Virus record (IMG/VR): IMGVR_UViG_3300022934_000003
Length of the DNA stretch: 64,000 nt
Direction: 5' to 3' (one strand)
Source of the DNA: a virus
Part shown: positions 55,538 to 64,000 of the stretch, one piece after another
Numbering within the stretch: the first letter of the stretch is position 1
How the letters are laid out: every line of letters begins with the position of its first letter
Notes under the pieces: model-generated
Seen by the model: only the letters and a program-made list of their open reading frames with translations
What the model was told of the DNA's origin: nothing
Database searches by the model: none
Made by a program: the position numbers and the translations under genes

Positions 55538-57376
55538 TTAAAATTGTACAGTTAAATCAATCGGCGTAGCAGTTTTCGCTGGAGTCGATAGATCTTTTTT
55601 AGAATAGCTTTTTCTTAAAACTGTTCCTTTTTTAGCAGTACTAGGCTTTGTAGTATTTGTGGTTGATTTAGAACCAGATGTAGCATTAGTTGCGCCACCT
55701 GTAGGATTCGGTCCTGCCTCTTTCATGTGCTTCTTTTTACTTCCACAACTACTTTCAGTTCTAATTGCTGCTCTAGCTGATGCAACATTACGTCTTGCAT
55801 TTCTCAATGCTAATCTAGCTTTTGTTTGAGCATTTCTAGCTTTTTTTAATCTTGCAACATCTTTTACTTGATTTTGTAATGACTTAGCTTTTTTCTCAGC
55901 GGCATCTGCTCTTTTATCTGCAGTCATACGGCCAGCGCTTTTCATTGCTTGACCAATCATTTCATCAAGTTGCTCATCATTAAAGTTATTAAGATCTTCT
56001 AAAGTAAGAGTATTTTCAGAAATATAATTTAAAAATATTTCTTTATAATCTTCTTTATTTAATCTTTTATCAGCCATTTTCATGCCTTTGATTCTCTTGT
56101 CTAGTCTCTTAACAGAACCTTGACCGCCAATCATATTAGTAACAGCATCTGATGTTGCTTTCTTCTTATATGACTTCAAAGTTTCTTGTGAAATCTCATC
56201 GAGCTCTACTTCTTCAGTATAAGGCATAGTTGCTTCGTTAGTGTCTGATTTGTTTTTAAGATAATCACGAACACCATCAATGTAGTCAGATGCTTTAGTC
56301 ATTTTAGATTGCACCCACTCAGGTAGATTATCGTCTTTACCGATTATACCTTTTAATTCTTTTGCAGCATCCATGATTTTATTGATTTGAGTTTGTGCCA
56401 TACCACCCTCATCATCATACTCACCTTTATCCTGTGGATCTACTGCTTCACGCACACCAGGTCCGCGCTTATAGTGTTGTTTAATTTGAGCATCTAGTTC
56501 TGCGTGTTTTTTATGATCACCCATTCTCTTAGCTCTATTTCTAGCTCTTTCTAACTTTTCAGATTTATTAACCCAATCAGCATCATGAGGACCACCTGTA
56601 TATCCTTCGCTCTGTGTTTTATTTGATAGTTCTTTTATAGTCTTTTTCTTTTTAGGTGTTACGCCTGGACCATCATCATATCTATTTGGATCTACACCTG
56701 GACCATCATCATATCTATTTGGATCTTTTGATTCATTAGCCATTGCTTTTTTAGCATCAGCTTCTGCTTTTTTCTCAGCCGCTTTTCTTTTTGCTTCTTT
56801 TTCCATAGCAATTTTTTGAGCTACTGCTCTAATTACGTCAACTCTGTTTTCTGCTGATTCATTTTTTGGTACACAGTTCGGAACTTTCTTACCATTCTTA
56901 TCTTTCATGCCCACCATTTCATGACTATCCCAACAAGGATCTTCGCCTTTCATTTTCTTAGCTTCTTCAACGTTTGATTCATTTTTCTTTTTATTATCAG
57001 GATGTCCTTTACCACCATCTTTACGAGATGCCCATACTGCTTTTTGTTGAGCATATGACTTATAACTTTCATTTTTTTCTGCATCTAGCTTAGCTGCAAT
57101 AGCCATTTGGCGTTTCTTTTCTTTGGACTTACCTTTAAATTGAGGTGCATCAGAGTCTTGGAAATCATCAATCCACTTACCCATATCATCAGAAGCTTTT
57201 AATTTTTCACCTATTTGTTGTGTTACTGCTTGACGGCGGTTATGTAAATATTTGTCAGTATCGTTAACTTTACCGTCATTATTAATATCTTGGTCTTTAC
57301 GCTCTTTATGTTTCTTTTTAAGAGCCGCTTTATTAACCGGATCCATAGCTTCTTTAAAACTGTTAAATGATTTCAT
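55538..57376 (-). CDS. putative capsid-internal polyprotein
   Basis: MKSFNSFKE N-terminus; modules separated by xxE sites; late promoter at 57405-57412. Confidence 0.6.
   Translation of the reverse strand: MKSFNSFKEAMDPVNKAALKKKHKERKDQDINNDGKVNDTDKYLHNRRQAVTQQIGEKLKASDDMGKWIDDFQDSDAPQFKGKSKEKKRQMAIAAKLDAEKNESYKSYAQQKAVWASRKDGGKGHPDNKKKNESNVEEAKKMKGEDPCWDSHEMVGMKDKNGKKVPNCVPKNESAENRVDVIRAVAQKIAMEKEAKRKAAEKKAEADAKKAMANESKDPNRYDDGPGVDPNRYDDGPGVTPKKKKTIKELSNKTQSEGYTGGPHDADWVNKSEKLERARNRAKRMGDHKKHAELDAQIKQHYKRGPGVREAVDPQDKGEYDDEGGMAQTQINKIMDAAKELKGIIGKDDNLPEWVQSKMTKASDYIDGVRDYLKNKSDTNEATMPYTEEVELDEISQETLKSYKKKATSDAVTNMIGGQGSVKRLDKRIKGMKMADKRLNKEDYKEIFLNYISENTLTLEDLNNFNDEQLDEMIGQAMKSAGRMTADKRADAAEKKAKSLQNQVKDVARLKKARNAQTKARLALRNARRNVASARAAIRTESSCGSKKKHMKEAGPNPTGGATNATSGSKSTTNTTKPSTAKKGTVLRKSYSKKDLSTPAKTATPIDLTVQF
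56665..56726 (-). repeat. 33-bp tandem duplication encoding DPNRYDDGPGV twice
   Basis: Direct repeat CCTGGACCATCATCATATCTATTTGGATCT. Confidence 0.85.
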
Positions 57377-57412
57377 TTTTAACCCTTTGAATATTGTTTT
57401 GATATATTTATA

Positions 57413-58546
57413 TTACTTATATCTTGTGTTTCTATTTAAAACCGCATTGAACTCTTTTGGAGTAATGCCTGCTAAATCTGCTGCAGTATTTTTTAAATAA
57501 TTATCTAACATACCTGGCATTAATCTTGCACCTCTACCCAATCCATGTTTATTAATCCATTTTTCTGGTCCACCAGAACTTCTAACATCTTTTTTCATTT
57601 TTCTATATTGAGTAACAGCAAATTTATATTTGTCTTTATTAACCATGCGTTTTAAATCATGGAAACGTTTTTTACCTATTGCAATCTTTGCAATATCTTT
57701 GAGCAAGTCTTTTGCAATACCTTCTTGTAATAATTCGTCATTTGTAGAAGGTTTAGTAATTTTTACTTTTTTACCGTTTTCACCTGGAGTATCTGCTTTA
57801 AAATTACTTACTAATTCGTCTGTCCCTCTATCACCTGCTCCATGCTCTTCTTTTTTCATTCTTGCTGCAGTAATCCAAGCTTTTGCTTGTGGCATGCGAG
57901 GTTCTTTTTTAGCCCAAGCAGAAATCTTTCTATATACTGGTAATGTGGCTTGTCTAATATCTGTTCCTTCATTATTATCAACAATATACATTTGGCCTTT
58001 AAATAAGTTTTGGAATTTACCGATGTTCTTTTGCACATCTTTCCACATTTTACTTACCATTGGTTTTCCAAGTGTACGGCCACCAGGTCCTTTACCTCGT
58101 TCTATATCTCTATTGATTGCTGTTTCAAGATCAGTATTAACAAAGATCATAGCGCATTCATAACCCATTCTTCTAAATGCTACTACTTGACTTTTAATTT
58201 TATTATAATCTTTACCAGTACCATCGATTAAAAGACCAAGACGGCCTTCTAAAGCAAGTTTCTTTTGAGTACCTACAACATTATTTGCAAGTTTACGGAT
58301 TTGTTGACCTTTATCTGAAAAAACTTCGTTTGGTTTAGAAGTATCTAAACCGGCATCTTTCATCATTTTTTCAAATGCTGGATCAATATTAATTACTTTA
58401 AAACCTAATGGAACAAGACCAGCCATATGAGCAGTAAATGACTTACCACTACCTGGACCTCCCGCCGTAAAGACTACTTTAAAAATAGCAGGATCGTTAA
58501 CACCTTCCTCTAAGGTTTCGCCGTGGTGTTTTTTAAAAGAAATCAT
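57413..58546 (-). CDS. P-loop kinase (zeta-toxin/AAA_33-like) with putative capsid-targeting leader
   Basis: MISFKK..TLEE then KVVFTAGGPGSGKS, IN.D..FE, LLIDGTG, MIFVNT.LE.A..R. Confidence 0.75.
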   Translation of the reverse strand: MISFKKHHGETLEEGVNDPAIFKVVFTAGGPGSGKSFTAHMAGLVPLGFKVINIDPAFEKMMKDAGLDTSKPNEVFSDKGQQIRKLANNVVGTQKKLALEGRLGLLIDGTGKDYNKIKSQVVAFRRMGYECAMIFVNTDLETAINRDIERGKGPGGRTLGKPMVSKMWKDVQKNIGKFQNLFKGQMYIVDNNEGTDIRQATLPVYRKISAWAKKEPRMPQAKAWITAARMKKEEHGAGDRGTDELVSNFKADTPGENGKKVKITKPSTNDELLQEGIAKDLLKDIAKIAIGKKRFHDLKRMVNKDKYKFAVTQYRKMKKDVRSSGGPEKWINKHGLGRGARLMPGMLDNYLKNTAADLAGITPKEFNAVLNRNTRYK

Positions 58547-61500
58547 TCTTCTGTTTCTGCTTTACCAGATGGATCTTGAGATCTTTGTCTAAAATCTTTT
58601 CTAACCTCGATCGGCTGAACTCTTTTAACTATAATTTCTTTAATTTTATCGGATTTGATTAATTTGCGTAGTTCTTTTTTGACATCACCTTGTGATTTAC
58701 CATCGACATAAAATTTAGGCATGCCCGCAACATCAACACTCCAAGTAGCTTCGTTTACATCTTCTTTTTTCTGCTTTTTATCCATTGCTTGTTTAATAGC
58801 CATTTGAGCTAAATGACGAGCTTTAGACATTGGAGTATGTTTAGCACCTGATTTATCTATAGTAGTACCGCTTTTAACCTTTTTATATGGAGGATCAAAA
58901 GGTACTTTCGATTCTCTTACGCCACCTCTAATTGCTTTCATAGCAAGCTTATGAGTAGCATTATCGATACCTTTTAGACGCTTTTTAATTCTTTTATGAT
59001 CACTAGTAATACCCACATCTCTTGCAGCTGCACGACTATATCTTCCTAATGTTGAAGGATTTAATTCATCTAATTGTTCTGTATCTTCTTTCTTAAATCC
59101 TTTTTTAAACTTATCCATGAAAGTAGGATTCTTAGCTCTTTTTGCATCTCTTAATTTCTTAAGATCATTTGCTCTCTTTTGTTGAACATCAGCAATATGA
59201 TCTTGAGTGCCTTTACTTAATGGAGACCATGCTTCATTTTGATGCTGTTCTGGGTTTCTTAATACCTTTGAAACATGTTGAACATTCTTTTTATCACCAT
59301 GTAATTTAATACTATCACCAGATTGTGGACCTCTCTTAACTACACTATGAGTAACATTGTGTTTTTTCAATAGACGTTTAAAATCTGGATCTGAATGATC
59401 TATATCGTGATGTATTGATTCATCAAATTGTGTATCTTCTTTAGTCAATCTTGATGCTGCTTTCTTAATACCCGTATTTCTTTTTGCTATTTTTGAGTTT
59501 TCAAATCCATGATCTTTATAACCTTTTTTTGCAAAAGCTTTTCTAGTATCTTTCCAAGCTTTTTTATCATCAGTTGCTTTTCCAATATAACTACCAAGTG
59601 TATCTTTTGATAATTCATCAATTTGCTCGACACTTTCCATTGCTTGTGCTTTTCGATATGCATCACCTGATTGTGATGTTCTTCTATCAAATTTTTTGTT
59701 TTGTCTACGTCTAATACCTTGGACTGTTAATGGTTTACCAGATTTTGAGGTTTTATTAACTTTATAGATGTTAGAAGTTTTATCACCATGTACTGCTTTC
59801 ATAAGATCTTTAGAAGCAGCATCAGAGTATTTCATAAGAGTATCTTTTGATAATTCATCAATTTGTTTTTCTTCTTTATTCAATCTTTTAGTTGCTCTAC
59901 CCATACCAGTTAATCTTTTCCCGTATTTTAATTTTTGCTTAGGATCATTACTTGTTAAACTATCAACTGCTGATTTATCAGCTTTTTTTCGATATGATTT
60001 TAATGTATCTTTTGATAATTCGTCGATTTGTTTTTCTTCATTTGCTCTTGCCATACTGACTTTTGCGGCAGCTTGAGCAGGTGAAAGGTTACCGTATGCT
60101 TTTTTAACATAAGGTAAATGTTTCTTTGTAGAAGCTGCAGCATCTTTAGGATTTAAACCTTTTTTAACTAAGTGAGCAATAACTTTTGCATCTTCGTTTA
60201 AATCATATTCAACTGATTCTCTTGCTACTTTTTTATTATGTTTTGCTACAACTTTATGTCCATCTTTACCGTATGCAGCAAAGTGATCTGCTCTTGAAAC
60301 TTTATTAGTAGGTGCTTTAAAACCTGCTTGTCTTTTTAAAGAACGAATACCACCAACAGTACGTTTCAATGATTGATGTACACTTTTATATTTCGTTGAA
60401 CCATCAGGTTGTCTATGTTTTTTCTCTTTAGCATCATCATATCTTTGTAAAAGATCATTTGATAATTCATCAATTTGTGTTTCTTCATTTGCGTGTTTCA
60501 TCATAGATTTGATCGCATCTATTTTAGCACGATCATTAGGCTTTAATTTTGCTTTTGCAGCTCTTTCTCTATCTAATTCTAGATTTTTTTCGCCACTAGC
60601 ATTAGATTCATGCCTCCAAGCATTTGAATATTGAGTACCAGTTTTCTTTGATGCTTTCTTTAAACCAGCTTCTCTTTTCTTATACTTATCATGAGCTTTT
60701 TTACCAAACTTAAGAGCATTAACTATGGCAGAAGTTCTAGCTTTCTTTTCATATCCCGCTAATTTTTCTTTTGATAACTCATCAATTTGCTCTGGTGATA
60801 CTGAATTGGCAAAAGCTTCTGTAGATTCCATTAAATCTACTACTTCATCTTCAACTGATTCATTAACTGTTTTTTTCTTATAAATTTTAAAACGTCCATC
60901 AAATTTAACAGCTCCTTTTGAATCCATCATCATGTGTGGGCGCTTACGAACTCTAGTATCAGCTTTTGAAGCTTCTTCTAAATGTACTTCTTCATTTTTA
61001 GTTTGGCGTGCCATCATAGCTTTACGTCTATCTAATTCTTTTCTCTTAATCTTCGGAAGAAGTTTACGAGCGATTTGGTCTAAACGTTTTTTACTAATCT
61101 TTTCTACTCTCTTATCAATGATTTCTTTTTCTCCAGCAGACATTGTATTATAATTTCTACCTTTAGTAAATCTTTTCTTAAAAAATTTAATAGCAGCTTT
61201 ACGAGCACGTCTTTTAAGTACATCTAAAGAAGCAACTCTCTTTTTCGCTCTTTCTCTACCACGCTTCATTCTAAAACGTGCTCTCCTTGCAGCGATTGAA
61301 CGTTTACGACGAGCCATTCTACTTAAAGCTTCGTCTAATTCTTGCTCTTCTACTATATTTTCTTCTGACATATTCATACCTTTTCTTACTGCTAATAATA
61401 CTTGTTTAGCATTGGGTTTTAATCTATTAGGAAGGCCTTTAGTAAATGCAGTAATGTCGTTTTTAGATGCCAATTCTCTCATCTTAGTACCTGACATGCC

Positions 61501-61998
61501 AGTTACGCCTTCTGCATCTGGATCTCTATCGCCAGATGATACTACTTCTATATTGTCGAATTTAAACTCTTTATTATTATATTTGTTTAATAGAGATTCA
61601 AATTCTTTAATTCTGTCAGAACCAACAACCATTACTAGATTACTATATTTACCAGTTAAATATTTAGTAACTTCGATAATTGTTCTTGCTGGAGATTTTA
61701 CTACAATTTTACCAAATGCTTTTTGAGCAAATTTAATTTTATCATTATATGATAAAGGATTTTTCTTAGCATCTTCTGAATGAGTTAAGAAAATCATAGG
61801 AGTTCCTTTTCTCATTCTAGCTTCTGTAGTAACTTTTCCTACTAACTTTTCATGACCAATAGTAATTGGATTCATTCTACCAAAACTAATTACAGCCGTT
61901 TTCTTTACAGCTTCATCAAGTGTTGGTTTTACGTCAATAATGTTCTTTGGGTTAAAAGACTTAAAACTCTTTTTACCCTTTTTTGGCTTGTCTGCCAT
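58543..61998 (-). CDS. large internal-head polyprotein: N-terminal HxGH nucleotidyltransferase plus six (I/L)DEL repeats
   Basis: FGRMNPITIGHEKL, VVGSDR, RDPDAEGV.GMSGTKMR; QIDELSKDTL repeats; late promoter at 62034-62041. Confidence 0.75.
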   Translation of the reverse strand: MADKPKKGKKSFKSFNPKNIIDVKPTLDEAVKKTAVISFGRMNPITIGHEKLVGKVTTEARMRKGTPMIFLTHSEDAKKNPLSYNDKIKFAQKAFGKIVVKSPARTIIEVTKYLTGKYSNLVMVVGSDRIKEFESLLNKYNNKEFKFDNIEVVSSGDRDPDAEGVTGMSGTKMRELASKNDITAFTKGLPNRLKPNAKQVLLAVRKGMNMSEENIVEEQELDEALSRMARRKRSIAARRARFRMKRGRERAKKRVASLDVLKRRARKAAIKFFKKRFTKGRNYNTMSAGEKEIIDKRVEKISKKRLDQIARKLLPKIKRKELDRRKAMMARQTKNEEVHLEEASKADTRVRKRPHMMMDSKGAVKFDGRFKIYKKKTVNESVEDEVVDLMESTEAFANSVSPEQIDELSKEKLAGYEKKARTSAIVNALKFGKKAHDKYKKREAGLKKASKKTGTQYSNAWRHESNASGEKNLELDRERAAKAKLKPNDRAKIDAIKSMMKHANEETQIDELSNDLLQRYDDAKEKKHRQPDGSTKYKSVHQSLKRTVGGIRSLKRQAGFKAPTNKVSRADHFAAYGKDGHKVVAKHNKKVARESVEYDLNEDAKVIAHLVKKGLNPKDAAASTKKHLPYVKKAYGNLSPAQAAAKVSMARANEEKQIDELSKDTLKSYRKKADKSAVDSLTSNDPKQKLKYGKRLTGMGRATKRLNKEEKQIDELSKDTLMKYSDAASKDLMKAVHGDKTSNIYKVNKTSKSGKPLTVQGIRRRQNKKFDRRTSQSGDAYRKAQAMESVEQIDELSKDTLGSYIGKATDDKKAWKDTRKAFAKKGYKDHGFENSKIAKRNTGIKKAASRLTKEDTQFDESIHHDIDHSDPDFKRLLKKHNVTHSVVKRGPQSGDSIKLHGDKKNVQHVSKVLRNPEQHQNEAWSPLSKGTQDHIADVQQKRANDLKKLRDAKRAKNPTFMDKFKKGFKKEDTEQLDELNPSTLGRYSRAAARDVGITSDHKRIKKRLKGIDNATHKLAMKAIRGGVRESKVPFDPPYKKVKSGTTIDKSGAKHTPMSKARHLAQMAIKQAMDKKQKKEDVNEATWSVDVAGMPKFYVDGKSQGDVKKELRKLIKSDKIKEIIVKRVQPIEVRKDFRQRSQDPSGKAETEE

Positions 61999-62032
61999 GA
62001 TAAAATCCTAAAATAATTATTGTTAGTTACTG

Positions 62033-62743
62033 TTATTTATAATTTTCCTGAAAGGAAGGTATAAAATTATAGTTTCTATATGCTGATCCACCCCAGATTG
62101 TTGATTCTCTTAACCAACCAATTGCAGGCGTAGGTGACATTATTCCTAATGGAACTCTAGTACTTCTTTGTCCCATAATAAAATAAGCATTATCAACTGC
62201 ACTCATAACACCTCTTGCTTCTATTTCGTTTACAAGAAACTGCGCAGTATTTTTAGTCATTGCATATGCATGCGCACCTTCATGACCACGAATAGGAATA
62301 ATTTCAGTAGGAAGGCCTGCTGCAACATGATCATATCTTTCTATATCTGGCATTTTATAACCAAGAGTTACAATCATATTTTCAGGAATAGGAATAGTTA
62401 TTGGTTGAAGCATTATTGCATCATGTTCTAATACAATACCAATATCATCTGGACCTTCTGCAATTTTTTTCCATATTGCGGCATGTCCAGCACTACAAGC
62501 ATTTGCTTTTTGAGCAGCATTTGGATTTTCTATATAACGATAAGCTTCATTAAATTGAGTTTTAATACCTGTTAATCCCCATGCTGCAGCACCGGTCATA
62601 TTTTGGTATCCATTAAAATATTCCCAGTTTAATCCTACTTTATCACAAGAGTCTGCACATGTTTTAGCATACTCATTTGAAATAGGTGTATCAATTTTAA
62701 GAATGTAAGCTTTCATATATTTCAAAGTCTTTAGTAAATGCAT
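62033..62743 (-). CDS. GT25-like glycosyltransferase (start probably MKAYIL)
   Basis: C..GH..IW.KI, VLEHDA, GAHAY...A..L. Confidence 0.75.
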   Translation of the reverse strand: MHLLKTLKYMKAYILKIDTPISNEYAKTCADSCDKVGLNWEYFNGYQNMTGAAAWGLTGIKTQFNEAYRYIENPNAAQKANACSAGHAAIWKKIAEGPDDIGIVLEHDAIMLQPITIPIPENMIVTLGYKMPDIERYDHVAAGLPTEIIPIRGHEGAHAYAMTKNTAQFLVNEIEARGVMSAVDNAYFIMGQRSTRVPLGIMSPTPAIGWLRESTIWGGSAYRNYNFIPSFQENYK

Positions 62744-63356
62744 TTCTTAAATCACTCATAGACTGATCATCAAATACAATTTCATTATCTCTATTTTTTC
62801 TATAACCATTTTTATGATTAGTTAATGGATACTTAACAGGCAAATGTAATTCATTCATAAGATTATTTAATTCATCATTTATGTTTTCATATAACCAATA
62901 ATTACCAATAATTTCTTCGTTTATAGAAAGAATATCTGTTTGTTTAATAGCAGAGTTTGGTTCTCCAATAAATGAACCATTTGAAGTCCAGGCTTTATAT
63001 TCATCTAATGATGCAGGTGAATGCCTACCTTTCCAGTTTTTATAGAAATAATAAAAGCTTTTTTGTCTATCAACTGGATCTCTTATAACAGCAAATGATT
63101 TATATGTTTTTGCTTGTTCTTCTGTTATAATTTCATTATTAACTAAATCTTCTAATGTAAAATGATAATATTTAAAATTAATTTTATACTTATTAATAAT
63201 ATCTGGATTTAACGTTCCAGGAATATTAGAATCTTCTACTGGAGTATAAATCGCGTAATCATCAGGAATATTTTTAATAAAAAATTCTGATAAACTACTA
63301 CTTGCTGTTTTAGGTGTTCTTAAAAATATTAATTTATATTTGTGTGATATATACAT
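62697..63356 (-). CDS. sulfotransferase family 2 protein
   Basis: ISHKYKLIFLRTPKTASSS (5'-PSB), IRDPVDR..S (3'-PB), F.KDFE. Confidence 0.85.
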   Translation of the reverse strand: MYISHKYKLIFLRTPKTASSSLSEFFIKNIPDDYAIYTPVEDSNIPGTLNPDIINKYKINFKYYHFTLEDLVNNEIITEEQAKTYKSFAVIRDPVDRQKSFYYFYKNWKGRHSPASLDEYKAWTSNGSFIGEPNSAIKQTDILSINEEIIGNYWLYENINDELNNLMNELHLPVKYPLTNHKNGYRKNRDNEIVFDDQSMSDLRNAFTKDFEIYESLHS

Positions 63357-64000
63357 TATATTCCTCTATCATATGATACACTATTTGCATGGCCTGTGGA
63401 CCCCCATTTGTGGTCTGCATACACTTTATCAGGTCCGTCATAGCGCTTTGCTCCACCAATATAAAATAAAGGGATGAACCAATGTGAAGGCCATATAGTT
63501 AATTTATCTTTCCAATTAACAACATGATTTGCAAGAAATGCATTCCCTGTTGACATCCAAGGTTCTTTAAGATCTTGTGGTTTTAATTTATGAAGTGTAT
63601 CAATTATATGTTTAACAAATTGATTTTCTGGATTAGCAGCCATAATTGGTTGTACAAAGTTTTCTCTACCTTTTTCATTTTCATAACATGTATATGCATG
63701 ATCGTCAGGTGCTACAAATAATTCTGTAGTGTCATTTAAACATTCCATATCTGCTTCAGGCCAAAATCCACCCCGTTCATACAATAATTCATAACGAATT
63801 AAATCGGAAACGCCAGGCCATTTTGCAGTATTATAATAATGTTCTATTAAATGTTGATTATGCCACTTACGAGATTTTAACATTTCATCAGTAAAAATAG
63901 AATACTCCCAGCCTGGATGTTTATCTCTCCAAGTATACATCCATTTTAATGGAGCAGGCTTTGGACCAATCCAAATTTGTGAAAGTTTCTTTTCAATCAT
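63356..64000 (-). CDS. GT32/Och1-like glycosyltransferase
   Basis: MIEK.L.QIWIG, SDLIRYE.LY..GG...EADM (DxD variant), STG. Confidence 0.82.
   Translation of the reverse strand: MIEKKLSQIWIGPKPAPLKWMYTWRDKHPGWEYSIFTDEMLKSRKWHNQHLIEHYYNTAKWPGVSDLIRYELLYERGGFWPEADMECLNDTTELFVAPDDHAYTCYENEKGRENFVQPIMAANPENQFVKHIIDTLHKLKPQDLKEPWMSTGNAFLANHVVNWKDKLTIWPSHWFIPLFYIGGAKRYDGPDKVYADHKWGSTGHANSVSYDRGI

Noticed and set aside
57630-61726. + strand ORFs opposite the internal-protein genes
   Set aside because: Ser/Leu/Phe-rich antisense shadows of Lys/Glu-rich coding sequence
1-64000. Stop-codon reassignment
   Set aside because: Core genes translate full length with the standard code; short ORFs reflect ordinary small phage genes

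Overview
A 64 kb, AT-rich segment of a T4-like myovirus genome. The host is most likely a marine sulfur-oxidising gammaproteobacterium (SUP05/Thioglobaceae-like), inferred from the DsrA sequence. The + strand (1-11.5 kb) carries the T4 morphogenesis block: gp16, gp17, gp18, gp19, gp20, gp21, gp22, gp23. Directly after the gp23 terminator sits a sulfur/Fe-S auxiliary cassette: full-length oxidative-type dsrA, four micro-ORFs plus a 28-aa TusA-like peptide, tusA and dsrC, converging on iscU-iscA. The cassette is wired to phage early and late promoters. No dsrB, dsrEFH or iscS is present in the window. The rest is almost all - strand: an APS-kinase-like gene with an HxGH nucleotidyltransferase, early hypotheticals behind a repeated TTGACA-17-TATAAT promoter, repair and nuclease genes, an FG-GAP propeller, a long collagen-like fibre, PAAR, PhoH, RNase H, dNMP kinase, peroxiredoxin, two glycosylation/sulfation clusters, nrdCBA, thyX and primase. 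Several large basic proteins have T4-type capsid-targeting N-termini and repeated (I/L)DE protease sites. They look like capsid-packaged polyproteins, two of them carrying enzyme domains. No tRNA, rRNA or CRISPR array was recognised. All calls are by eye from motifs and recalled family features; no database searches were run.
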